Shown piece after piece: positions 48,323-56,997 of a DNA stretch of 64,000 bases (positions are counted from its first letter, which is position 1; every line of letters begins with the position of its first letter). Position numbers and translations under genes: made by a program. Origin of the DNA: an uncultured virus (IMG/VR IMGVR_UViG_3300032069_000001). Taxonomy: Duplodnaviria; Heunggongvirae; Uroviricota; Caudoviricetes. The notes below the pieces were generated by a model. It did no database searches. It was not told where the DNA came from and saw only the letters and a list, made by a program, of their open reading frames with translations. The stretch lies in IMG/VR virus record IMGVR_UViG_3300032069_000001, positions 1-64,000 of that record. One strand, given 5' to 3'.

Positions 48323-49285
48323 ATGGAAAACGCCGAGATTTTAAGACCAAAAAAATTGAGCGACTTTATAGGCAAGCCAAAACTTAAGCTTGTTTTAAAT
48401 GCAATGATTGAAGCGACAAAGAGCCGAGCCGAGCCCATAGACCATATTTTATTTACAGGCAACGCAGGATTAGGAAAAACAACGCTTGCGAAAATCATTG
48501 CTAATGAGCTTCACAAAGACATTAAAGCAATGATAGGCAATAACATCAATGAAAGCATTGCCCGAGAACTTACAACGCTTAAGGACGGCGATATTTTATT
48601 CATTGACGAAATACACAGAATACCGACGAAATGGCAAGAGCTTCTTTATCCTGCAATGGAAAGCTTTAAAACGTTTTACAACGTAGGAAATAGACGCTTT
48701 AGCACAAACATTGAAATTGACACGCCCCGCTTTACTTTAATTGGAGCGACAACGGACATAGGACTTTTAACAAAGCCCTTGCGAGACCGTTTTGGAATTG
48801 TTTTTGAGCTTGACCCTTACACGATAGACGAGCTTAAAAAGATTATTGAAAATAATATTTTGACGCTTGACTTAAAGCTTAAGCCCCTGCAATTTGACGA
48901 CATAAGCACAGCGATAGCACAGCGGGCACGCTTTACGCCGAGAATTGCTAACAATCTTTTAAAACGTATAAGAGATTTTACAGCGGGCGACGTCAACGAC
49001 ATCACGCTTGACCGTGTTTTAAGAGTTTTTGAAATACTTGAAATCAACGAAAACGGAATTGACAGCAACGACATTAAATATTTAACGCTACTTGAAAAAT
49101 ACGGGATACCTTTAGGCATTACTAATTTATCAGCGAGCACGGGCATTGACAGAACGACTGTTGAAAGAGTTATTGAGCCGTATTTATTGCAAAACGAATA
49201 TATCTTAAGAACGGGCAGGGGGCGAATTATAACACAAAAAGGAAAAGACGTTATTAAGAATATTAAGAAAGGGGGCAAGGTATGA
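48323..49285 (+). CDS. ruvB: Holliday junction branch migration helicase RuvB
   Basis: LRPKKLSDFIG..GNAGLGKTTLA..FIDEIHR..FTLIGATT..LRDRFG..EPYLLQ..RTGRGR. Confidence 0.93.
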   Translation: MENAEILRPKKLSDFIGKPKLKLVLNAMIEATKSRAEPIDHILFTGNAGLGKTTLAKIIANELHKDIKAMIGNNINESIARELTTLKDGDILFIDEIHRIPTKWQELLYPAMESFKTFYNVGNRRFSTNIEIDTPRFTLIGATTDIGLLTKPLRDRFGIVFELDPYTIDELKKIIENNILTLDLKLKPLQFDDISTAIAQRARFTPRIANNLLKRIRDFTAGDVNDITLDRVLRVFEILEINENGIDSNDIKYLTLLEKYGIPLGITNLSASTGIDRTTVERVIEPYLLQNEYILRTGRGRIITQKGKDVIKNIKKGGKV

Positions 49286-49335
49286 ACTATCAAGACCGTT
49301 TTAAAAATGTAAATTCTTTTCAAGGGGGGCGAAAT

Positions 49336-49854
49336 ATGAGCAAAGCAGGGAGCACGGAAATTGAAGCAGTAAAGGAATTGGCATTGATACAAAAACAAAA
49401 AGCTATTGAGCTTTTTAATAACATTGGCGAGGTTAAAGCCGTAATTTATTTTGTTGACAGGCAAAAACGGCAGGGGATTATCCCTGTTTTTCAGCTTAAC
49501 GCCCCAAAAGAAATACAGCGGGCAATAGTCAACGACATTTTAAACGACGTTAAGCCCGCCGTAGTTATTTTTATATCCGAAGCATACGCCTTAAGTGGCG
49601 ACAAAGAGCACCCCTTGACGCCCGAGCAGTTAGCCGAAGCCGAAAAAAACGGACTTAAGGACATAACAGGGCGAAAGGAAATACTTATTATAAACGCCGA
49701 AAGCAAAAATTGCAGTTATACCGTGAGTATTGAAATAAACAGAGACCCGACAGGCAAGGGAACTTTAGGACAAGAGCATTATTTAATTAAAAACGGCAAA
49801 GCTACCGACAGCAGAGATATAAATAAATTTATTAACCCTGCTATTTTTGAGTAA
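49336..49854 (+). CDS. Hypothetical early protein
   Basis: FISEAY..RKEILII; start at 49336 or 49282. Confidence 0.6.
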   Translation: MSKAGSTEIEAVKELALIQKQKAIELFNNIGEVKAVIYFVDRQKRQGIIPVFQLNAPKEIQRAIVNDILNDVKPAVVIFISEAYALSGDKEHPLTPEQLAEAEKNGLKDITGRKEILIINAESKNCSYTVSIEINRDPTGKGTLGQEHYLIKNGKATDSRDINKFINPAIFE

Positions 49855-49932
49855 TGGGGGCATTTATGAGTAATAGGAGCACTTTAAGAATAAGAAACAA
49901 TATGAAAAATACTTTAAAATAAGGGGGGCAAA

Positions 49933-50148
49933 ATGTTTAATATTTATTCTGATTGGGAAAAATATCACAATGTTGAAATATCAACGCCATTATCACAAGA
50001 GACAATTATAATTATAAGACCTTTTGACAAAAGTAAAAAAGTAATAACTTTTAGCGTCAATACAAGGGAAATAATGAAAAGGGGATTAAAAAGAACTGTA
50101 AATAAATTATTAAAAGGGGGGAGCTATGAAAATAAGAGCACAGTATAA
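49933..50148 (+). CDS. Small early protein
   Basis: G-run RBS. Confidence 0.5.
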   Translation: MFNIYSDWEKYHNVEISTPLSQETIIIIRPFDKSKKVITFSVNTREIMKRGLKRTVNKLLKGGSYENKSTV

Positions 50149-50536
50149 AGGAAAAAAAGAAAGCTACAAAATGGATAAGCTTACTTTTGCCGAGTTTATG
50201 CGAATATACCGACCGAACGGCACAGGGAGCATTGGAATAATGGTTGACGGAAAAATGGACTTGATTGACGAAATAACCGAAGTAGTTTGCGACTTTTGCA
50301 ACGACGAAATCCCGCCGAGCACTTGCGAAGCGGACAAATGCAACGGCAAAACCAGAACAGCGGGCACAGCTTGCGACCTGCAAGAAAATTGTCAGCACAA
50401 AAAGCAAAGCACTATTTACATCACAGGCACTTATGCTTTTTGTCAAAAATGTTTTGACGAAAGCTATGAAATTGTTGAACGAGACCCGAACGACTTGAAG
50501 CTTAAGACGATAAAGACAGAAGGAGGAAAACAATGA
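50126..50536 (+). CDS. Cys-rich Zn-finger early protein
   Basis: CDFC..CQKC. Confidence 0.55.
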   Translation: MKIRAQYKGKKESYKMDKLTFAEFMRIYRPNGTGSIGIMVDGKMDLIDEITEVVCDFCNDEIPPSTCEADKCNGKTRTAGTACDLQENCQHKKQSTIYITGTYAFCQKCFDESYEIVERDPNDLKLKTIKTEGGKQ

Positions 50537-50841
50537 AAACAAAAGAAAAGAAAGCCGAACAGTTAAGTTTTCTTGATAATTTTAAGAATATCAAGAAAAC
50601 CGAGAAAGCCAAGCCCGCAGGAGCGAGCGACGAGAAAAAGGGAGCTTGTCAACGGTGTGGACGAACATTGACGAGACCCGAGAGCATACAGGCGGGATAT
50701 GGCGAGACGTGTTATAAAAAGATACACGGCACAGGATTTACAACGTCAACGAGACGAGCGAGAAAGCCCGAGCCCATTGACGAGAGACAAGGAAAGCTTT
50801 TTGACGACAAAGGGGGCGAGAACAATGGCAATAAAAAGTAA
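50533..50841 (+). CDS. DUF6011-like Zn-finger protein
   Basis: CQRCGRTLTRPESIQAGYGETC. Confidence 0.75.
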   Translation: MKTKEKKAEQLSFLDNFKNIKKTEKAKPAGASDEKKGACQRCGRTLTRPESIQAGYGETCYKKIHGTGFTTSTRRARKPEPIDERQGKLFDDKGGENNGNKK

Positions 50842-51004
50842 AGTTATCAATCAAAGTGAAATGACGGGCGAGTGTTGGAATATTCAATTTTGGGGAAAAG
50901 AAGCTTGCGAAAAATGCGAATACAAAAACACGAAACAATGCGGGGGCAAGGCAATAAGAAAAACAGGCAAAAATGCGAACGGTTTTAAAATACCGCTTAA
51001 TTAA
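50825..51004 (+). CDS. Small Cys-rich early protein
   Basis: RBS before ATG 50825; C..CEKC..CGG. Confidence 0.55.
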   Translation: MAIKSKVINQSEMTGECWNIQFWGKEACEKCEYKNTKQCGGKAIRKTGKNANGFKIPLN

Positions 51005-51018
51005 AGGGGGTGTTTAAT

Positions 51019-51297
51019 ATGCACTTTACGATTGAACTACCGAGAACTGTAAAAGGTTTGAAATGTGGCAGATGTAGCGAACAAAAACACGAGCCCGTTA
51101 TTAACGCACACGACGGTTTTACGGGTGTTAGCGGGAACTGTTGCTTGACCTGTATAAAAGAGCTTCTTATTGTTGCGAACACGACAAAAGAAAATCCTGC
51201 ATTTATGGAGCTTCAAAAGAGACGAAAAGAAGCCGAGCAAAAGAAAAAGGAAATTAAAAAAGCAGGAAAATTCAAAGTGGAGCTGTTAAAACTATGA
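51019..51297 (+). CDS. Zn-finger early protein
   Basis: CGRC..CCLTC. Confidence 0.5.
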   Translation: MHFTIELPRTVKGLKCGRCSEQKHEPVINAHDGFTGVSGNCCLTCIKELLIVANTTKENPAFMELQKRRKEAEQKKKEIKKAGKFKVELLKL

Positions 51298-51459
51298 TTT
51301 ATAAAGTGATTGTAAAGAAAGAAAAGAGAAACGTGATTTTTGCGATTATTAGGGAGCTTAACATTGCCCTTGAAATAATCAAGTATTGGAAAAAGAAAGG
51401 TTTTACTGCCGAGCTTTTAGGCGGGAAGCCGAAAAGACGGCAATAATTTATCACGGGGG

Positions 51460-51840
51460 GTGGAGAAAATGTTATATAAAGCGATTTGCGACGGGGATAT
51501 TGGAATTAAGGGAACGCCGAAAATAAAAAGCGACAAGCAAAACGGATATAAACAGACAGCTTGCTATTTTGTTGACAGTAGCGGTTTTGGACGTGATGAC
51601 GAGCTTGCTTTACCGTTTGCAAAGTTTTTAAAACAAGTTAAAAAGGGATATTATTACGGGATTGCGAAAGCGGGGCAATTTCAAGTTTATATTAACGAAT
51701 ACAAAAAAATTGAAGCTGATGATACGTCTTTGCTTAAGCTTGACAATAAAGAATACAAAATAAAAAAGAAAAAAAGAATAAGGTGCAAGATATGCGGGAA
51801 CTTTCACGGCGACGGCACTTATGGAAATTGCGGAAATTAA
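51460..51840 (+). CDS. Hypothetical early protein
   Basis: FVDSSGFG..E.AL..GQFQVY. Confidence 0.6.
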   Translation: MEKMLYKAICDGDIGIKGTPKIKSDKQNGYKQTACYFVDSSGFGRDDELALPFAKFLKQVKKGYYYGIAKAGQFQVYINEYKKIEADDTSLLKLDNKEYKIKKKKRIRCKICGNFHGDGTYGNCGN

Positions 51841-51857
51841 AAAGGGGGTGGTAAAAA

Positions 51858-52295
51858 ATGAATACTTTATACTTTGACCTTGAAACGTTTGGAATAACAC
51901 AAAAGAGCTTAAAGCTTTTTCGTGATGAGATTTGCAAAAGAATTGAACACGAAATTGCAATATTCTGCGTGCCGACAGCGGATATTGTTTGCGGATTTTT
52001 GATTGTAGATAAAACGACCAATGACTTGACTTGGACTGGAGACGGCTTCCGAAGTGATGAAGGGGGAGAAGGCGGGGCGGGATACCGAACGGCGAGAGAA
52101 TTATTAAGAATTTTAGGAATACAGACGTTTGACTTAATGCTTGATGATATGCCGAAGCCGTTAGTAGAAAACGGAATTAGCAATGAAACGGAGCTTAAAA
52201 AACTTGTTAAGTATGTTATGGATACTTACAAAGACGAGATACTTTATAATAAGCCCGCAAGCCATAACATAAGATATATAAGGTTAGACAAATAA
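51858..52295 (+). CDS. Hypothetical early protein
   Basis: RBS cassette; GDGFRSD.GGEGGAGY. Confidence 0.65.
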   Translation: MNTLYFDLETFGITQKSLKLFRDEICKRIEHEIAIFCVPTADIVCGFLIVDKTTNDLTWTGDGFRSDEGGEGGAGYRTARELLRILGIQTFDLMLDDMPKPLVENGISNETELKKLVKYVMDTYKDEILYNKPASHNIRYIRLDK

Positions 52296-52316
52296 AATTA
52301 AAAGGGGGTGGTTTAA

Positions 52317-52727
52317 ATGACAAGGAAACAGGAAAGGAAAAAAGCAAAAGAAGTTTTAAAGGAGCTTAACGAATTAAAAAAGCTTTACGAAAAGGAAAAA
52401 GAGCAAAAGGACGTGTTAGTCAATCTTAAGACGCTAATATTGGACGGAAGCGACGACAAGCTTGGAGCTGAACTTGCGAAGCTTGACGGCGAGGTGCTTG
52501 CTGATTTGATAGGAGAAATTGCCCGAACAAAAAAGGTGTGGGTTGCGAACTGGTTTAATAAAGGACACGTTGAGGACTTGACGGGCGAAACCTTGACCGA
52601 CGAACAAATGGCTGACTTTGTGAACTATGCAGAGGACGACACGGGGGAAATGGACGACATAAGCGAACACGTGAGCGAGATTTTTCAAAATGCCGTTGAC
52701 GACGGAAGCATAACGGGCAAAAAATAA
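52317..52727 (+). CDS. Acidic early protein
   Basis: RBS cassette. Confidence 0.65.
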   Translation: MTRKQERKKAKEVLKELNELKKLYEKEKEQKDVLVNLKTLILDGSDDKLGAELAKLDGEVLADLIGEIARTKKVWVANWFNKGHVEDLTGETLTDEQMADFVNYAEDDTGEMDDISEHVSEIFQNAVDDGSITGKK

Positions 52728-52856
52728 AAGGGGGTATTGTGAAAAATTATACAGGTGGCAAAACAAAATGTAAATATTATGATACTTGCGGAACTAAAGA
52801 AAATTGTGCAAGATGTAAAGGATATGAAATAAAAGAACAAAAAGGGGGTGGTAAAA

Positions 52857-53069
52857 ATGACCTTAAAAGAAAAAATTAAGGAATTTTCACGGGAAATTGA
52901 CCTATACGAGCTTGATAAAAATGATAAGCAAAAAATAAAGGACACGGGAAGCAGGGCAGACGTTTACATAAGCGGTATGGAGCGAGCATTTGAACTTGTT
53001 GCCGACTTAATAGAGGAATTTAAGGTTGATATTGACCTTGATACAAAAAGGAAAGTAAGAAAACAATAA
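52857..53069 (+). CDS. Small early protein
   Basis: RBS cassette; true ATG 9 nt after the track's GTG. Confidence 0.6.
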   Translation: MTLKEKIKEFSREIDLYELDKNDKQKIKDTGSRADVYISGMERAFELVADLIEEFKVDIDLDTKRKVRKQ

Positions 53070-53085
53070 AAAGGGGGTGGTTAAA

Positions 53086-53295
53086 ATGGTTATGGCAATA
53101 GCTTATGGCAAAAAGAAAAAGAATTACAGGGTTGCTTTTACCGTTTATGCAACGGTTGAACTTGAAGCAAAAAACAAAGATGAAGCGGAAACAAAAGCAA
53201 AAGAGTATATGAACGGCAAAGCTAATTTTGTTGACCATAAAGATTTTTACACGACAATAAAAGAAACAGAGTGTAATGACGTATTTAAAATTTAA
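53086..53295 (+). CDS. Small early protein
   Basis: RBS cassette; ELEAKNKDEAETKA. Confidence 0.6.
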   Translation: MVMAIAYGKKKKNYRVAFTVYATVELEAKNKDEAETKAKEYMNGKANFVDHKDFYTTIKETECNDVFKI

Positions 53296-53310
53296 AAGGG
53301 GGTGGTTAAA

Positions 53311-53589
53311 ATGATTAAAATAGCGAACAGCAATAAGAAAATAATTGCGACGGGTAATATGAAAATAAAGAACTCAATGATTGGCGGGATTGATGAAACG
53401 AAACAGCTTGCTATTGACATAATTGACGAATTTGAGAACTTGCTTGACGAAAAGAATATTACGATACCGAGCCGAGACCGTGAAGGCGGGAAAGACGAAG
53501 CCAGAATATACGGCGAGGAGTATTACAATCTTGAGGATAGCATTACTAATATTCTTAAGAAAAATCTTAAAAGGGGGGCAATAAAATGA
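53311..53589 (+). CDS. Small early protein
   Basis: RBS cassette; IIDEFENLLDEKNITIP..IYGEEY. Confidence 0.6.
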   Translation: MIKIANSNKKIIATGNMKIKNSMIGGIDETKQLAIDIIDEFENLLDEKNITIPSRDREGGKDEARIYGEEYYNLEDSITNILKKNLKRGAIK

Positions 53590-53924
53590 AAAATGAAAAG
53601 TGGGTAAAAATTGGGGAGTGCGGTGTTGACAGCGGGCAACTAATGATTGTTGACCCTTGCTATGTAAAAGATTTTAGAAATGACAGCTACACAGGGAAAA
53701 AAGACCGAGACGGTATGGCAGGGGAATTTTCTTACAGCGGTATTTGCGGGCTAACGATAGGCAAAGAAATGGGCGGGCAGATTAAGAATAAGATTGGAGC
53801 AGAGATTGCCGTTGCCTTTAGTAGCGGTTGGGGCGACGGTGTTTATCCTGTTTATGCGAGGATAAAAGATTTTGGAAAAGACGGCGGGAAAAGAGTAATA
53901 GAAGTAAAAATTGTAATGGAATAA
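53586..53924 (+). CDS. DUF4241-like protein
   Basis: GVDSGQLMIVDPCY..SGWGDGVYPVY. Confidence 0.7.
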   Translation: MKNEKWVKIGECGVDSGQLMIVDPCYVKDFRNDSYTGKKDRDGMAGEFSYSGICGLTIGKEMGGQIKNKIGAEIAVAFSSGWGDGVYPVYARIKDFGKDGGKRVIEVKIVME

Positions 53925-53937
53925 GGGGGTGGTTAAA

Positions 53938-54264
53938 ATGGAGCATACAGACGCAGTATATACGTATGAAGCCATTGCTAAAAAGGTTGGGCTTGACGAA
54001 CTGACTACCTTGCGATACCTTAAGTTTATGAAAACAAGGTGGGCAGACCAAGAGGAACAGCATTGTAAATGCAGTTATGCGACCGAGTGGGCAAAAAGAT
54101 TTAAGAGGAAAAGCGAATTTTCTGATGCCGACACAAGCGGACAGCAGACGTTGCTTGCGATTGACGCCGAGATAACGAAAGAAAGGTGTAAAGGATTGAA
54201 AGTTATTAAAACAAAGAAAGAAAATAAGAAACAAAAAGGGGGTGGGTGCAATGAAAAAAATTGA
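53938..54264 (+). CDS. Early protein, paralog of 1500..1826
   Basis: GLD..YLKFMKTRW..C..YATEWAKRFK. Confidence 0.7.
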   Translation: MEHTDAVYTYEAIAKKVGLDELTTLRYLKFMKTRWADQEEQHCKCSYATEWAKRFKRKSEFSDADTSGQQTLLAIDAEITKERCKGLKVIKTKKENKKQKGGGCNEKN

Positions 54265-54526
54265 TGGATATAGTTTTACTCTCTTTTCAATTATTTTCTT
54301 TTACATAAGCTATCGGGGTGTTGGCATTGCCTTAACGATATTTGATTTTACCTTAAGTATTGGCTATGACAAATACGAGGGCTTGCTATTTAACACTACG
54401 GCACAAGAAAATCAAATGCGAAAATGGAAAGAGCAGGAAAGAAAGGAGCGAGCGGAAAGAGACAAGAAGCTTTATGGAAATACCGAGTGGAAGCCCGAGC
54501 CGTTTGACCCTAAAAAAAGGAGATGA
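54251..54526 (+). CDS. Small, possibly membrane-associated protein
   Basis: Hydrophobic N-terminal half. Confidence 0.5.
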   Translation: MKKIDGYSFTLFSIIFFYISYRGVGIALTIFDFTLSIGYDKYEGLLFNTTAQENQMRKWKEQERKERAERDKKLYGNTEWKPEPFDPKKRR

Positions 54527-55272
54527 TTGGTATGGATAAACTTATAACGCTTAAGAACGACATAAGAACTGTTTTTGTTGGAGACATACACGGAGACCTG
54601 ATAACGTTAAACAAGGTTTTTAATCGTTATAACGTAGGAGATACCCGCTTTGTCTTTTTGGGCGACTACATTGACAGGGGAGAATATTCAAATGACGTTG
54701 TTGCTACGTTGCTTCAAGGTAAACAGATATTCCCCGACAGAATAATAATGCTACTTGGTAATCACGAACTTGGCGACTGCGGGGATTTTTGGTTTGATGA
54801 ACGTTGCAATAAATACAAGGAACTATTTAAAAGCTTGCCGTTAGCGGTTGAACTTGGAAACATTGTTGCAACGCACGGAGCTATCCCTATTCTTAATAAT
54901 ATTAAGAATTTTAACGATATAGGTGTTAATATTGGCTTTGACCCATTACTTCAGATTATTGTTTGGGGAGACCTTGACCATTACGGCTTTGTCCAAAGTG
55001 GCATTGATAATACGAACGGTTTAAGACCTTGCCTATCAAAGAAATACATTGATGAAGCTTTGGCAAGCATAAATAAGAAAATTCTAATACGAGGGCACGA
55101 CCCTAAAAATCCTACCGTCTCTATTGGTGGGAAATGTTTAACTCTTATGACTAACGACATTTGGGCAGAATATTACAAAGACGCTACGCCTAAAATTGCG
55201 GTGGTGGAAGCGGGGGAAAATCCCGAACAAGCAAGCGACATTAAAATTATTGATTTACAGGGGGCATTATGA
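54523..55272 (+). CDS. Ser/Thr protein phosphatase (PPP/calcineurin-like metallophosphoesterase)
   Basis: GDIHG, GDYIDRG, GNHE, HGA, RGHD. Confidence 0.9.
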   Translation: MIGMDKLITLKNDIRTVFVGDIHGDLITLNKVFNRYNVGDTRFVFLGDYIDRGEYSNDVVATLLQGKQIFPDRIIMLLGNHELGDCGDFWFDERCNKYKELFKSLPLAVELGNIVATHGAIPILNNIKNFNDIGVNIGFDPLLQIIVWGDLDHYGFVQSGIDNTNGLRPCLSKKYIDEALASINKKILIRGHDPKNPTVSIGGKCLTLMTNDIWAEYYKDATPKIAVVEAGENPEQASDIKIIDLQGAL

Positions 55273-55276
55273 AACG

Positions 55277-55612
55277 TTAATCAACGACATTAAAATCGTC
55301 CAATGGCTCTAACCACTTAATAAAAAAATATTCATTTGATTTAATTTTTGATTTTCTATCGTGGTTTTTTATCTTATGGCACATACCATTTGTTTCGCCT
55401 TTACGAATTGCCCATACATCAAGGCATAATTTTTTACCGTCCAGAACCAACTCAATAAAGTTAATATTCTCTCTTATAAAAAGGGCTAAATCATCTAAAA
55501 GTAATCCGACAGTATCATCATCTCTTTTGCTTTTAAGAATAAAAGTAGGATTATAAATAGCAACTCCGTCTTTTATTTTGTATCTTTCTTTGTCTCCAAA
55601 TATTTCTCCCAC
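55277..55612 (-). CDS. Hypothetical protein (ends LDDFNVVD)
   Basis: ORF track. Confidence 0.5.
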   Translation of the reverse strand: MGEIFGDKERYKIKDGVAIYNPTFILKSKRDDDTVGLLLDDLALFIRENINFIELVLDGKKLCLDVWAIRKGETNGMCHKIKNHDRKSKIKSNEYFFIKWLEPLDDFNVVD

Positions 55613-55908
55613 TCTAACCTCAACTTTTCTATTGCGTCTTTTTGCAATATCATATTGTCAACTATTTTTTTAAATAAATCCTTTGACATTTTAAAGTGCT
55701 CCCGAAGTATAGGATTAAATTTCTTGGGTGGCAATTTATTAGAATACTCCTCAAGAATATTCAACGTCTTGCAATATTCAACCAGATAAAGAGTAGTAAT
55801 TTGATAATCCTTTAAGAACACAGTAAAAAAATTGTTTCTTGCTTTAGGAATTTCCACTATCTTGCCTCCGCCATCACCAGAAGATTTTCCAGCATCTTCG
55901 TTCTCCAT
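55573..55908 (-). CDS. Hypothetical protein
   Basis: AAGGAGG RBS. Confidence 0.6.
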   Translation of the reverse strand: MENEDAGKSSGDGGGKIVEIPKARNNFFTVFLKDYQITTLYLVEYCKTLNILEEYSNKLPPKKFNPILREHFKMSKDLFKKIVDNMILQKDAIEKLRLEWEKYLETKKDTK

Positions 55909-55984
55909 TTTGCCTCCTTTCTTAATTTTATTCTTAATAATTCTTAAAATTTTTTAGGAATTCGTAGGAATTCTGCCCTAATTT

Positions 55985-56362
55985 TTACCCAGTCTTCCTC
56001 TCATCACCTTCTCCGCCCAGATGAAACAACTTCTTAAAAAATCCCTTTTTCGTTTCTACCTTTTCGCCAACAACTGTTCCATCTTTTTTCAAGGAGAGCA
56101 AATGAACTGCATTGTTCTTAAGAGCATTGAGACAGGAATTAGCAACAATGTTCCAAAAGGCATTAGTTAAAAGTAGGTTTTTATCTTTATCAAACTTCAT
56201 CAAATAGGGATTATCTTTCCCCTGCCTTTCCTTGATTAACTGGGAGCACTCAACATCAATCACTTCCGCAAATGGACTTAACACTTCATCAGGTTTTTCT
56301 ATCACAGGGTTCTGCACATTTTTTTTCACCTGCGGTATTACTTTTTTATTTGTTCTTGGCAT
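55985..56362 (-). CDS. Hypothetical protein
   Basis: G-run RBS. Confidence 0.6.
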   Translation of the reverse strand: MPRTNKKVIPQVKKNVQNPVIEKPDEVLSPFAEVIDVECSQLIKERQGKDNPYLMKFDKDKNLLLTNAFWNIVANSCLNALKNNAVHLLSLKKDGTVVGEKVETKKGFFKKLFHLGGEGDERKTG

Positions 56363-56402
56363 ATTTCCCCCTTTTTTTCTTAAATTTCTTAATAATTCTT
56401 AA

Positions 56403-56720
56403 TCACACTACATTAAAATCATCTAAATTTTCTACGACCAATGACCCACCAACGTCTTGTGGCGTTCCATCAGAATTTCCCTTTTTGACTACCGAATTAT
56501 TAGGAATATTAGGAGCTGAACTCTTTAAAGCTTCAACAATCCTGTCTATTGTTTCCAACACAACATTATGAATTGCTATCGTAGCTTTATGAATATCAAC
56601 TTTACGGCTTGCAACATCATCAAGAGTATTAAGAATAAAAGTTTTTTGCATTGCCATTTCTTTATCCGAATGATAATGAACTTGTCCAACTGCGTCGTCT
56701 ATCGCTTCTTTTAAATCCAT
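56403..56720 (-). CDS. Hypothetical protein (ends LDDFNVV)
   Basis: G-run RBS. Confidence 0.6.
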   Translation of the reverse strand: MDLKEAIDDAVGQVHYHSDKEMAMQKTFILNTLDDVASRKVDIHKATIAIHNVVLETIDRIVEALKSSAPNIPNNSVVKKGNSDGTPQDVGGSLVVENLDDFNVV

Positions 56721-56730
56721 AAAAGCCCCC

Positions 56731-56997
56731 TTATTCTACAAACGTTTTATCATCAGTAGTATCACCAAAATATTTACTTCTGACATTGTTTTTCATCTCT
56801 TTGTCTTTCTTTAACAAAACACCGTGAGACATAAAACCCGTTTGAATTGCCATTCTAACAACACTTGTGCCATAGTATCCTTTTTCTTTTGTGCCACCGC
56901 ATTTGCACTTCATCTTGGACTTGCTATCCGAACTTGAGTGGAAGAACTCGTCCGTAATCTTCCCACACTTTTTGCATTTATACGTGTAAATAGGCAT
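56731..56997 (-). CDS. FmdB-family Zn-ribbon protein
   Basis: MPIYTYKCKKCG..CKCGG. Confidence 0.75.
   Translation of the reverse strand: MPIYTYKCKKCGKITDEFFHSSSDSKSKMKCKCGGTKEKGYYGTSVVRMAIQTGFMSHGVLLKKDKEMKNNVRSKYFGDTTDDKTFVE

Larger units (their letters stand above)
43843..48325 (+). repeat. Dispersed gene-junction repeat AA(A/G)GGAGCG-N(n)-AAATG
   Basis: Copies before ATGs at 43857, 44945, 46838, 47311, 47493, 47672, 48118; variant before 48323. Confidence 0.8.
51841..54253 (+). repeat. Dispersed gene-junction repeat AAGGGGGTGGT(T/A)AAAATG
   Basis: Copies near 51841, 52301, 52841, 53071, 53296, 53923; variants at 51003 and 54236. Confidence 0.85.

Noticed and set aside
51003-54253. CRISPR array or integron attC array
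   Set aside because: Repeats are 18-bp RBS-containing junctions separated by whole genes of variable length; no palindromic attC structure, cas gene or integrase
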